Positions 45,529 to 54,913 of a stretch of DNA of 62,247 nucleotides are shown here, piece by piece. Positions within the stretch are counted from its first letter, which is position 1, and the number at the start of each line of letters is the position of its first letter. A program made the position numbers and the translations under genes. Below the pieces are notes generated by a model. The model did not search any database. It was not told the origin of the DNA and saw only the letters and a program-made list of their open reading frames with translations. Source of the stretch: a virus (taxonomy: Duplodnaviria > Caudoviricetes); the IMG/VR virus record IMGVR_UViG_3300005573_000098, positions 1 through 62,247 of that record; one strand, 5' to 3'.

Positions 45529-46156
45529 AGAAAAAATCTCGAGCATAAAATCAACGTTAGATATGAAAAAAGGAGAATTGGAAAAGCTAAGGAATGATTT
45601 GCGGAAATTTAATGACAAGATAAATGAACTGCAAAATGAACTAGATATTTTGAAAGAAGCAAGATCCATCATTCAGAACGTAGCAGCGGAAACGCAAGAA
45701 AAATTGGAATACAAAATCAGCCAGTTGTCAACATTGGCCCTGCGCACGATCTTCTCAGATCCTTATACTTTAAGAATTTCATTCGATCAAAAAAGAGGAA
45801 AGACAGAAGCAACCATCTTTCTTGAAAGAAACGGAAAGACATATGAAATCACGGAAGTCGGCGGCGGAGTAATTGATGTTACATCTTTCGCTTTGAGGCT
45901 TTCAATCCTTGCAACAAGGGCAAGGCAAACAGACAAAATCTTGATATTGGACGAGCCTTTCAAGTTCTTAAGTAGAGATCTTCAGCCGTTTGCTGTTGCA
46001 ATGATGAGAAAATTAAATGAGCGGCTAAAGTATCAAATCATAATGGTGACGCACAATGAAGAGCTAATTGAAGCAGGCGACAAAAAATTTAGAGTGCAAA
46101 TTACAAAGGGAGGCAAAAGCAGTGTCAAGGAAGAGTCAAGAAAAACTCCGACTTGA
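45515..46156 (+). CDS. SbcC/Rad50-like ATPase, C-terminal half
   Basis: Coiled coil, degenerate signature VGGG, LILDEP (Walker B/D-loop) and MVTH (H-loop). Confidence 0.85.
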   Translation: MTNLEEKISSIKSTLDMKKGELEKLRNDLRKFNDKINELQNELDILKEARSIIQNVAAETQEKLEYKISQLSTLALRTIFSDPYTLRISFDQKRGKTEATIFLERNGKTYEITEVGGGVIDVTSFALRLSILATRARQTDKILILDEPFKFLSRDLQPFAVAMMRKLNERLKYQIIMVTHNEELIEAGDKKFRVQITKGGKSSVKEESRKTPT

Positions 46157-46409
46157 AGAAATTCCTCTCTACAGAATCATAAGATACATGATTAAGAGAT
46201 CCACAAAATCTTATGACGAAGTAGCAGAGCAATTGGGAATCAAAGTGCATATGCTGTATAAAATGCTTAATCCAGAATGCAAGCAAGAATTTCCGGCTCA
46301 AAAGTTGCTTCCTTTGATGACGTTTCTAAACTCAGATCTTCCAATAAGATGGATGAGAAGGCAATTCACAATTGCAACGCAAAAACAACAAAAGGAGAAA
46401 GTGCCATGA
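46122..46409 (+). CDS. Phage CII-family-like HTH regulator
   Basis: GGGAGG RBS and GTG start; VAEQLGIKVHMLYKMLNP...KLLPLM. Confidence 0.55.
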   Translation: MSRKSQEKLRLEEIPLYRIIRYMIKRSTKSYDEVAEQLGIKVHMLYKMLNPECKQEFPAQKLLPLMTFLNSDLPIRWMRRQFTIATQKQQKEKVP

Positions 46410-46579
46410 AAAAAGGAAGCCGCAATGTTATTAGTGAGTATGAAATCCTGGAAGCGTTGAGGCAGAAAGAAGAAGACAAGTATTATACGATCAAATGGGC
46501 GATTCTTGAGACAATAGCTTTCCTTATCGCGACTTCTGGAGTATTATTTCTTATCTATGTTTTGTTTTTCAGCTATTGA
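46406..46579 (+). CDS. Small membrane protein
   Basis: AAGGAG RBS, ATGA overlap and a C-terminal transmembrane segment. Confidence 0.5.
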   Translation: MKKGSRNVISEYEILEALRQKEEDKYYTIKWAILETIAFLIATSGVLFLIYVLFFSY

Positions 46580-46611
46580 CTGACGTGGGCAAAATCAAGG
46601 AGGATGAGAAA

Positions 46612-47244
46612 ATGATTGAGTCCGTCATTGGAACAATCGCGATAGATGCAGGTCACGGAGGAAAGGATCCTGGAGCAATTAGCTACACCGCCGGAAAAAA
46701 CGAATCCTCCAAAATTCCGTATGAGTGGATCTTTGAAGGAACGAAGACAGACTTATGCGAAGCAGATCTCAACTATGTAATTGCTGGAAAAATTGCAAAA
46801 TTTTTAGTAGAGACGCACAAGATTCCTGTGGTAATGATAAGACCGACAAGATCATGTTTTCTAACCCCATATTCAAGATTGTCTTTGTTTCAGAATTCAT
46901 GTGCCAAAATGCTGCTATCTGTGCACATGAACAGTTACAGTGGATTTGCAACAGGATTCGAAGTTCTTGTCGGTAAGTACAGTGGAAGCAAAACTTTCTT
47001 GCTAGCAAACAAAGTTGCGTCCGCAATTAGGAAATGCTTGCCAAATCAGTTTCCGTTTAGAGGAATCAAAATTCGTCCAGACCTTACTCTCTTATCAACA
47101 CTTAATCCATCTATTATCATTGAGCCAGGGTTTTTAACAGATCTGGATTTCGTGAAATGGATCGTCAAAGAAGAAAATCAAGATGAATTGTCGCTTAAGA
47201 TTGCAGGCGCGTTAGCAGATGAATTTTTCAACAGATCAGCATAA
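46612..47244 (+). CDS. N-acetylmuramoyl-L-alanine amidase (Amidase_3), probable endolysin
   Basis: IDAGHGG, EADLN, LSVHMN and IIEPGF Zn-binding/catalytic motifs. Confidence 0.88.
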   Translation: MIESVIGTIAIDAGHGGKDPGAISYTAGKNESSKIPYEWIFEGTKTDLCEADLNYVIAGKIAKFLVETHKIPVVMIRPTRSCFLTPYSRLSLFQNSCAKMLLSVHMNSYSGFATGFEVLVGKYSGSKTFLLANKVASAIRKCLPNQFPFRGIKIRPDLTLLSTLNPSIIIEPGFLTDLDFVKWIVKEENQDELSLKIAGALADEFFNRSA

Positions 47245-47258
47245 GAAAGGAAACGAAA

Positions 47259-47522
47259 ATGAAATTTCTAATAATATTGCCAGTGATCGTGATTTTGTTT
47301 GCAATTATCATAGCAATTGCAGAGGCAAGGCATTCGAAACTTACAACGCCGAAAGATCAAAACTGTTATCCACATATTTATCTCAGCGGAAGAGTTGAAA
47401 TCAGAGGATTCCCAAATCAATTATATGTTTTGGAATACAATAATCTTGATGAATTGAGCAAGATGCTGACCATTGTTCAGAAAGATATGGAAGGAAAAAT
47501 CAACTGGATGGGGCATGATTAA
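47259..47522 (+). CDS. Hypothetical protein with N-terminal membrane anchor/signal
   Basis: MKFLIILPVIVILFAIIIAIA; AAAGGA RBS. Confidence 0.55.
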   Translation: MKFLIILPVIVILFAIIIAIAEARHSKLTTPKDQNCYPHIYLSGRVEIRGFPNQLYVLEYNNLDELSKMLTIVQKDMEGKINWMGHD

Positions 47523-47536
47523 AAATATCATGTCTT

Positions 47537-47800
47537 TTATTTAGGAGCGCTTTTTAGAAACAGCATCAAAATGTCTCGCAACAAAGATCCTCCGGAAAAG
47601 AAGCAAGTAATGATGACGATCAAAACAAGAGTATTTAGCTTGGATTCAAGATTCCTTATTTCATCTCTCCTATCCCTTTCAAGCATATCAATTCTCTCCT
47701 GTATCTGTACGACAGACTCCTTCATTTCTCCATGCACTGGACAAACGTAGGAATCAGAGAAATATGGTCCGGAAGCTTTCTTTGGCGGCGAATCTCCCAT
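47537..47800 (-). CDS. Holin-like membrane protein
   Basis: Coiled coil plus C-terminal TM segment; last gene of the late arm. Confidence 0.45.
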   Translation of the reverse strand: MGDSPPKKASGPYFSDSYVCPVHGEMKESVVQIQERIDMLERDRRDEIRNLESKLNTLVLIVIITCFFSGGSLLRDILMLFLKSAPK

Positions 47801-47827
47801 ATCTTTGTTCCTTCTTTTTTAATTTGC

Positions 47828-50800
47828 TTATGCTTCTTGCTCTGTAAAAACTGAGGGATCATAATTTACGGCTTCGATTTTGACTTTCATTTCATTCGTC
47901 AAAGTGATTGATTCGATCCTGACTAATTCCAAATCGTACTCATATCTTCCGATTGCAAACGGATCTCCTTTGCTGATGTCTGACAAAATTTGATTAAGAT
48001 TTGCAGGAGCGCTTACAGTAAAAGTATCAGTCAACGAATCGAATGGAGAATCAATTTGAAGAAGATAGTATTGGTCTGTATCGTTCGATCTAACTGCTAC
48101 TTTTGCATTAGAGGAAGAATACATTGCAGAATCGAGTTGAATTTTCCTGTCAAGTTTCACAGTATGAGCAGTGGCATTGACAGACTCTATTTTTCCTCCG
48201 AATCCATATTTGTTTGATTCACTCTGCAAAATAATTACATCTCCAATTTCGAAAGCCAAACCATCAATATCCATTTGCCATGCATATTTCTTCTGAATTG
48301 ATCTTACTGTTCGAAGTCTCAAATCGGCTTCTCTCAAAGCCTGCCCGTAGCTTGTAATCCACGGAATGAAAATTGTCTCAATTTTTGCTTCTCTCATCTC
48401 AACAGGATCGCTGATAATTTCATCACAAACAGCTTCCGCAACATTTTTCTTGTATTGATTTTTTGCGTCCAAAAATTCAATTCTCAAGATTGATGGCTTG
48501 TCTTTGTCAGTAACCCATTCAACAACCATAGAATTTTTTTCATACATCGAACTTGATACCATAGCAACGGGATCAGAAGGCTTGTTGACTTTCGCGTATA
48601 AGACACTTCCGAATGACGACAGCCTTGCTCTTCCTACCTGCAAAATTTGCTCTAATGCGTCTTGAACAGACATGTCCTTAACATCAAAGACACCATTGCA
48701 AGTAATCCTCTTTGAGATTTCAGTCATCTCTGGTGGATCGTAGACAGGGACATCACAATACGATGCCCATTCCGAAAAACTCGCATAATCTAATCTCTTT
48801 GGATCATACCCAGCTCCGTACCTTTCATTCGTCAAAATGTCATAGCAAACCCAAGCTGGATTGTCAGAATTATGGTACTCGTAAAAGTATGCTCTTCCGT
48901 TCCACACTCTTATTCCTAATTGCCCCCTGCGAACAATAACATTGACAGTAGGAACATTGACAAGTCTGTCCTGTGCCGGAATCTCAACCCCAATTTGAGC
49001 AATATAAGGATACCGCAAATTCAGCCGGCGAATAGCGGTGATAGAATACAAATTAGCTTCATTAACTTTATCCACGCTGCTCCCACGCATCGGAAGCCTT
49101 GCTCTTGTGGAAACTTCGATGCCGGTATTCGATTCTTTAGTGACTAACGATCCGCTTAATGTCGCATGAGCATTGCTTTTGCTTCCTGTCACGACTCTTC
49201 CAGCAACAAAAGCAGAAGGATTTACAATTTTATCAAGATAAAATCTAGTGTATGGGTAACTTTCACTCATCCCAACAAGTATTGCAGATCCGCCTCCAGA
49301 AGATGTTGTTATCGTTTCTCCTGGAAAGAAAGTCCCACTGTAGCCCGTCCCAGACAATGGGACGTAATCGAAAGAAAACCATTTTCCAAATGAATAAACT
49401 CCGAGCCATTTTCCCTTGACGTCTGTGCTTCCGTATCCTTCACGCATATAAGGGCGCCAAGTAACAATCAATCCTCCGGTTTGATCTGATTGTATTGACT
49501 CGGTAAAGATCTGATGCCAACTATCGTTTCCATCGTAGAGTCCTTTTTGAAATCTGTAGCCAAAGACAATTTGATCGGCATGGCCTTTAATCTTGTATCT
49601 TGCAAGTCCGGCATTTACCCAGTCATTCAGCCAATCCTGGCCGACATTAGGAGTGGTGAAAGATTTCGTATATGGAACTGCGCCCATAAACAACGCAAAT
49701 CTTTTGATGTAAAATGACAAAGATGGAATTACATCGTCATCGTCTTCTGTATGCCATCTTGCCTTTCCCAGTCCAAACCTTATCCCACGGTCATCTTCTC
49801 TTGTCCAATCGCAATAAATTGAGTCTGAGCCAACTCTGTTTTCTGGTAAATCTTTGTCGGTATATTCGATGCCGTCGACAAAAAATCTGTAATCCCTTCC
49901 GCTCCTCAAAAAATAAAAGAAATGCCATGCATTCAAAGTCACCTCTGAAGTCGATATTAGCTTTGACCAAATATAGGTATCACTGTCCCAACCCTCTTCC
50001 TCATAATGCTGCACCTGAAAGAAGAAATAAAAACGGCTAGAATCCACTTTCCAAAAGTAGAGATAAACAGCCTTCCTGCCTGCGGAGTCGTCATCATAAC
50101 GCGGAGACCAATGAGCAATAAGTCTAGCGTGTCCGCTTGGAATCACAGCATAATCATCTGTTGTTAGATAAAAATGAAATGCTATTGCAAATGTCTCACT
50201 ATAAGGAGACAAAGCATAACAAGTGTATTTGTCACCTAGCTCTATTGCAGCATCGCCATCAAGAAGCCTCGTACAAATCTGTCCTGCAATACTAGTTCCA
50301 ACAGATACTCTGCTAAGAAAGCTAAGCATGGGAGGATTCTTGTATCCATTTCTTAAGTCGATCCAGACATTGCTCCTTATGTCAAGATCTCCGCCAATCA
50401 ATTGTTGAAAATCTGCCGCATAAACCAAAGGATCCCTTAATGACACGTCAGGATAAAACTGCTGATAAAGCACATCAAATCCAGGAAGACTATTAACAGT
50501 GGAACCATATTGCGGCCCTCTTCCGATCTCCACATTCCACTTAACATTCGAATAACTGGATAAAGGAACATCATCAATGAAAATGTCATCTTCTCCATTT
50601 GGAGCGACGGCTTCAACCGGACCTTCGCACAATGCAAGCAAAAGCTTGGCTGTCTCATACGCCATTCCTTGCTCTGGAAGGATTGCCCTATTTATCACGA
50701 CTCCACCAAGTCTGGACTCTCCATAAAGGACAGGAATCGGAACGGAATCTGTCGTGTAATTTTGCTTCGCCTCGAATGAATATGCTTGACTGGCAGATGC

Positions 50801-51196
50801 ATCATCCTTAGTAGGATCAAGATTCTTAAGAGCCGATAATTGATTTCTCAAGTCGATATAGGAGTAGACGCTATATCCAATGGTCACGGCCCCTAAGATC
50901 AATCCAGTCACAAGCAACAAAACTTCAATCCCTTTCGGGCGGACAGTAAAAACAACAACATCTCCATCTTCCAATTTGTCTTGATATGATACTTGCTCTT
51001 TCCTTCCAAAGACAGAAGCAGAAAACCATTCTCTTCTTACTCTCTTCAATCTCTTGTGTCTTCTACAAGCCACCTCAAACACTTCTCCAACAGTCCATTC
51101 CCTAACGGAAGTAGAGACTGATCCAGAAAAGAAAAAATTATGATTTGGATCACGCAAAATGAAAGGATGCAAAGCAATGCTATATTGTATTGCCAT
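47828..51196 (-). CDS. Tail tip/host specificity protein (lambda J-like, with I-like N-terminus) carrying inserted lectin-like domains
   Basis: PIPVLYGESRLGG, LALCEGPV, DNPAWVCYDILTNERYGAG, CNGVFD and FEIGDVI motifs. Confidence 0.88.
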   Translation of the reverse strand: MAIQYSIALHPFILRDPNHNFFFSGSVSTSVREWTVGEVFEVACRRHKRLKRVRREWFSASVFGRKEQVSYQDKLEDGDVVVFTVRPKGIEVLLLVTGLILGAVTIGYSVYSYIDLRNQLSALKNLDPTKDDASASQAYSFEAKQNYTTDSVPIPVLYGESRLGGVVINRAILPEQGMAYETAKLLLALCEGPVEAVAPNGEDDIFIDDVPLSSYSNVKWNVEIGRGPQYGSTVNSLPGFDVLYQQFYPDVSLRDPLVYAADFQQLIGGDLDIRSNVWIDLRNGYKNPPMLSFLSRVSVGTSIAGQICTRLLDGDAAIELGDKYTCYALSPYSETFAIAFHFYLTTDDYAVIPSGHARLIAHWSPRYDDDSAGRKAVYLYFWKVDSSRFYFFFQVQHYEEEGWDSDTYIWSKLISTSEVTLNAWHFFYFLRSGRDYRFFVDGIEYTDKDLPENRVGSDSIYCDWTREDDRGIRFGLGKARWHTEDDDDVIPSLSFYIKRFALFMGAVPYTKSFTTPNVGQDWLNDWVNAGLARYKIKGHADQIVFGYRFQKGLYDGNDSWHQIFTESIQSDQTGGLIVTWRPYMREGYGSTDVKGKWLGVYSFGKWFSFDYVPLSGTGYSGTFFPGETITTSSGGGSAILVGMSESYPYTRFYLDKIVNPSAFVAGRVVTGSKSNAHATLSGSLVTKESNTGIEVSTRARLPMRGSSVDKVNEANLYSITAIRRLNLRYPYIAQIGVEIPAQDRLVNVPTVNVIVRRGQLGIRVWNGRAYFYEYHNSDNPAWVCYDILTNERYGAGYDPKRLDYASFSEWASYCDVPVYDPPEMTEISKRITCNGVFDVKDMSVQDALEQILQVGRARLSSFGSVLYAKVNKPSDPVAMVSSSMYEKNSMVVEWVTDKDKPSILRIEFLDAKNQYKKNVAEAVCDEIISDPVEMREAKIETIFIPWITSYGQALREADLRLRTVRSIQKKYAWQMDIDGLAFEIGDVIILQSESNKYGFGGKIESVNATAHTVKLDRKIQLDSAMYSSSNAKVAVRSNDTDQYYLLQIDSPFDSLTDTFTVSAPANLNQILSDISKGDPFAIGRYEYDLELVRIESITLTNEMKVKIEAVNYDPSVFTEQEA

Positions 51197-51626
51197 TTGC
51201 TTCTTCCTTTTTGCCTTTATCGTCAAACGTCCAAAACGTCGGTCTCAGTCTTGAAAAAGCTGGCCTGTTTAACCTCGACACTACAGACCCAAACTTTGGA
51301 GCAGTATGCAAAAGAAGAGAGCATTGATCGTCAATAATTACCCCGACATGCCAAAGCATTCCATCTTGATCGGACTTTGCTCCGTACAATGCGATGTCTC
51401 CTGCTTTCGGAGAATTCGTTTGATGAATGATTTCCTTATAAACCTCTTTGCCAACATCTGCCCACTTTTTACCCCAAAAGCTTCGATGCAATTCAATCGT
51501 AAAATCATCAAAGCATGGAAGATCCCTTCCAAAAATTTCCTTTTCTACTTTTGCGACCAGAGCCCAACAATCCAATTGCTCAAAAGGAATCCCAACATAC
51601 TTTGACCACCAAGCATTATTAGGCAT
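51180..51626 (-). CDS. NlpC/P60 tail assembly protein (lambda K-like)
   Basis: YVGIPF, DCWALV, AGDI, HVGV and LLH motifs. Confidence 0.85.
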   Translation of the reverse strand: MPNNAWWSKYVGIPFEQLDCWALVAKVEKEIFGRDLPCFDDFTIELHRSFWGKKWADVGKEVYKEIIHQTNSPKAGDIALYGAKSDQDGMLWHVGVIIDDQCSLLLHTAPKFGSVVSRLNRPAFSRLRPTFWTFDDKGKKEEANGNTI

Positions 51627-52146
51627 CAAAGTATCCTCCAGGAATAGCAGGAAATCCTCCAAAAATCAAAACCTGTCCTCTTTGAATACATTCCGAAAGC
51701 CTCTTACTGCAAACATTTGCATATTGGCATTCAGTTGTTCGAATCCATCTACACTGCAATCTCGAAAATCTCCAACGTGGAAAAGATGAAGAAAGAGAAG
51801 ACGGAAGGCCCAAAGTAAAAACGACATGTTCTGCTGTAGCAGATGTTTTCAAAATCGCCAGCTCAAGCTCCGCAACAGGCGTTGGAATGAGACTGAATCT
51901 TCTCAGGACTTCGATTGCGCAAGAAGATAATTTTACACTTCTTCCTCTTCGCAAAACTTCAATAGCATTTTGAAAAACAGAAGCTTCTCTGGTTCTTTCA
52001 GCTTTTTGGCGTAAGATCTCAACTATCGCTTGATGCGCTCTGGCTCTCCTTCCAGGCCTTAAGACTTCTATCGCTGTTTGGTGAGACCTGGCCCCTCTTC
52101 CGGACCTTAAAACTTCTACTGCTACCTGATAAGTTTCAACTGCCAT
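51619..52146 (-). CDS. Chimeric protein: EVLR repeats fused to the lambda gpL-like C-terminal Cys domain
   Basis: Five (Q)xAxE(V/I)LR repeats, then CRW...CQY...CSK...C...FGGFPAI. Confidence 0.75.
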   Translation of the reverse strand: MAVETYQVAVEVLRSGRGARSHQTAIEVLRPGRRARAHQAIVEILRQKAERTREASVFQNAIEVLRRGRSVKLSSCAIEVLRRFSLIPTPVAELELAILKTSATAEHVVFTLGLPSSLSSSFPRWRFSRLQCRWIRTTECQYANVCSKRLSECIQRGQVLIFGGFPAIPGGYFDA

Positions 52147-52173
52147 TGTTATGGATCCAGTTACAAATTGACA

Positions 52174-53178
52174 TTACGAAACAAGGCGAACTCCTGCCTG
52201 GATCCCATTAACAGCATCTCTTGTCCATGCCGTAGATGTTGCCGGATTTCTCATGAAAATCCCTTGAAGGACTGAAACAGAATCAAGCACAGCCAGCCTG
52301 TTGGAATAATAATTGGTTGAGGAAATCCTTACAACTCCATTTAGTCCAATATCTCCAGACTCCGTTTTTTGAGCAGCAGAATTGACAACAACAGCATGAA
52401 TAACATCTGTTCCTAACAGTGAAAGATCTGTTAAGCCATAGACATCAACAGCATTCAAAGTAGAGGTATAAACATAGTCGGATTCATCAATAGTCCCAGA
52501 ATCATCAACTAATGAATAATGAGACGATCCAGAAGAAGGAGTCCATTGCACGACGGCTCCGTCTTCGTTTGGATACAAAGTATCAACTTGGCTGTCTCCT
52601 AGAAAATCGTTGCAATAAGATCCAGTCGTATCGCAAATATATAGATCATCAAAATAAGCATAATAAGACGAAGGACTTCTAATAGTTATCATAGAGCAAC
52701 CGGCAGAGCCACTAGATAAAGTATCGCCGGTTCCCGAAAGAACAGTTTCCCCATTAACTCTTACTTCCCAAGAGCCAGAGTCAGCAACAACGGCCTTCGC
52801 TTCCACATAGTACCAATTTCCAGCATTGATCACCCCTCCATTGGAGGTTTGCAAAACTGTCGTGTATCTTCTAAAGCTCAATGATCCATCTGAACCCAAA
52901 TAAACATTGCATTGATCACTCCAGTTAGAATTGCCAAAACTTATAACCCATGTGCTATTTGACAAAGAAGAAATTCTGTAAGCAAGCCCAACAATAATGG
53001 CTCCTGTAGTAAGTGGAATGCCTTTGTTTATCCACGCGCTATTGGTAAGTCTTAAAGCCCCAGAGCCGGTCCTAACAACAGTAGATTGAATAACAGGGCT
53101 AGAATAAGCATCTGACCATTTGCTGAGAAGATGCGAAGTATCATAATGATCAAACCCGTCAACAAATAGAAGAGCCAT
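52174..53178 (-). CDS. Beta-rich (lectin/ConA-like) virion structural protein
   Basis: LFVDGFDHY, WYYVEAK, EVRVNG and FDDLYICD...DFLGD; Ser/Thr-rich; GGGAGG RBS. Confidence 0.65.
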   Translation of the reverse strand: MALLFVDGFDHYDTSHLLSKWSDAYSSPVIQSTVVRTGSGALRLTNSAWINKGIPLTTGAIIVGLAYRISSLSNSTWVISFGNSNWSDQCNVYLGSDGSLSFRRYTTVLQTSNGGVINAGNWYYVEAKAVVADSGSWEVRVNGETVLSGTGDTLSSGSAGCSMITIRSPSSYYAYFDDLYICDTTGSYCNDFLGDSQVDTLYPNEDGAVVQWTPSSGSSHYSLVDDSGTIDESDYVYTSTLNAVDVYGLTDLSLLGTDVIHAVVVNSAAQKTESGDIGLNGVVRISSTNYYSNRLAVLDSVSVLQGIFMRNPATSTAWTRDAVNGIQAGVRLVS

Positions 53179-53226
53179 TTTCCTTACCTCCCTTTTCTTG
53201 TTTTTCTTTCTCAACTCTGAACATTC

Positions 53227-53931
53227 TCATCCTTTATATCTAAATAATTTTTCGACTCTCGGAACTAGAACGTTTCTGTTGTTCAAGCGAATCTCATGTC
53301 GTATTTCTCTTACGCAAACAAAATCTTCTGGCGCTGAATACTCACTTACAAATACTGTATGCCCTTTTTTCGCCTGGATCCTGCACCACTCCCAAAATGC
53401 ATCATGGTCAAAATTCTTACTCTTACTGTATTCATATTCAGTAACATTGGCGTACGGTGGATCACAATAAATTAGACTTGATTTTGGTATCTCCAAGTCT
53501 AAATAACTGCCTGACTTGAATACCACGCCCGCAAGTCCTTTTGCCAGTTTAACAAGACTGCGGCTTCCCTCTTCAGCATAATTTCTGCCCTTGCTGTCAG
53601 AGATATAACCACCAAACCATTTCCCTCCGAAAGAGCAAGCAAAGCCGACAAACCCAACAAGCTCTTTTGGATATTTGTGGGGTTCTTTTTTAATTGCGTA
53701 ATACTCATCCTTGCTAATGTTCGTCGGAGGAATATACCCGTCTCTTACAGCAGTTAATAAAGCAATAAGATACTCGTTAATATCATTGCCAATCCTATTT
53801 CCTGCAACTCTACTAATTATACTTGCTCTGCCGACGAAAGGTTCGACCCACCATTGACCAGGTTCTCTTTCAGAAAGCATAACAGGCAAAATGTATTTTG
53901 CTATTCTTTCTTTACTTCCCATATGCCTCAT
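53227..53931 (-). CDS. D12-class (Dam-like) DNA adenine methyltransferase
   Basis: MGSK, EPFVG, IGNDIN, IYCDPPY and VSEY motifs. Confidence 0.85.
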   Translation of the reverse strand: MRHMGSKERIAKYILPVMLSEREPGQWWVEPFVGRASIISRVAGNRIGNDINEYLIALLTAVRDGYIPPTNISKDEYYAIKKEPHKYPKELVGFVGFACSFGGKWFGGYISDSKGRNYAEEGSRSLVKLAKGLAGVVFKSGSYLDLEIPKSSLIYCDPPYANVTEYEYSKSKNFDHDAFWEWCRIQAKKGHTVFVSEYSAPEDFVCVREIRHEIRLNNRNVLVPRVEKLFRYKG

Positions 53932-53969
53932 TTTCGACTCTCTAACCGATCTCCCCGCTTACATCCAAT

Positions 53970-54533
53970 TTAAATCAGATCACCTGCCCAAATAACTTTT
54001 ATCCTGACCAAGCTTCCGATAAATCCATTTCCTTTTCTCACCCAGGCCTCAACGATTCTGTCAGCATTCGAAACTGTAATGTCCACGGTCGGCATATTAT
54101 CCTCTCCCATGCGCATGTCTCCAAATGCAAATGGAAGTGGATTGTAAGTAACTTCGCCAATAGTGATAGCTTCTGTGTTTTGACAAAAATAAAAAGTCAT
54201 CCCGTCGGAAACATTGGTATCAAGTCTTTCCGCAACATAGGCCCCTCCGCCTTTGTTGTCTGTCATAGAAGCCCCTTCTGGAAAAACTCCATCTGACCTT
54301 GTTAAAGGCGAAATGATAAGGCTTCCGGTCGTTGAACTTGAAGGCTCGATGAAAAGAATCGTAGCAGTCTCTCCGGAACAAGACAACGTAGCACCCTCAT
54401 GAAAAGAACTGCTTAAATTGCGATACTTCAATCGATACCAACCTTCTTTGTCCACTTCAAGCAACCAGATGAAAGGACTATCAATTGTTGGGCTGTTTTT
54501 AGCTTGTTTGAAAGACTGTGGAAAATCTCTCAT
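53970..54533 (-). CDS. Minor tail protein L-like (DUF1833-like), N-terminal half
   Basis: IWLLEV...FCQNTEAIT..EVTYNPLPF...PTVDITVSNADR; lacks the C-terminal Cys domain. Confidence 0.7.
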   Translation of the reverse strand: MRDFPQSFKQAKNSPTIDSPFIWLLEVDKEGWYRLKYRNLSSSFHEGATLSCSGETATILFIEPSSSTTGSLIISPLTRSDGVFPEGASMTDNKGGGAYVAERLDTNVSDGMTFYFCQNTEAITIGEVTYNPLPFAFGDMRMGEDNMPTVDITVSNADRIVEAWVRKGNGFIGSLVRIKVIWAGDLI

Positions 54534-54537
54534 CTTA

Positions 54538-54897
54538 TTAAATCTCGATTATCTCAAGTTCGACGGCCCATCTGTCAGGAGCAACGTACTTGAACATTAT
54601 TTCATCGACTCCGTCCGCCAAAACATATTCACTCTCATCATGGGACTCTCCCAATGGATTTGTCCACATAAACGATCCGCCTCCATATCCTATTCCTTCT
54701 AGGAAATCAACTAAGACCGCCTTTTCCGAGCTAGTCAGCGAAGTCCATCTCAAGATAAATCTTCTTCTCGTCCTAGTCCAACGAGGCCTGGTTTTAACAT
54801 ATCCAAGTTCCATCTCGCTTCTTATTGCCGGCCTTACATAAGACTCATAAAAATCAATAGTAGGTTGAGGCAAAGAAGAAGGAAAGTTAACAGCCAT
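54538..54897 (-). CDS. Distal tail protein (lambda M-like)
   Basis: Follows the tape measure gene; IRSEMELG..KTRPR...SFMWTNP. Confidence 0.7.
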   Translation of the reverse strand: MAVNFPSSLPQPTIDFYESYVRPAIRSEMELGYVKTRPRWTRTRRRFILRWTSLTSSEKAVLVDFLEGIGYGGGSFMWTNPLGESHDESEYVLADGVDEIMFKYVAPDRWAVELEIIEI

Positions 54898-54913
54898 TTG
54901 TCTTGCGCTCCTT

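Noticed and set aside
41680-46409. Lysogeny module suggested by excisionase-like and CII-like HTH genes
   Set aside because: No integrase, CI-type repressor or att-like context was found.
43355-54533. Stop-codon reassignment as the explanation for the split sbcC and gpL genes
   Set aside because: Whole genes separate the halves, and the standard code gives dense, intact ORFs genome-wide.
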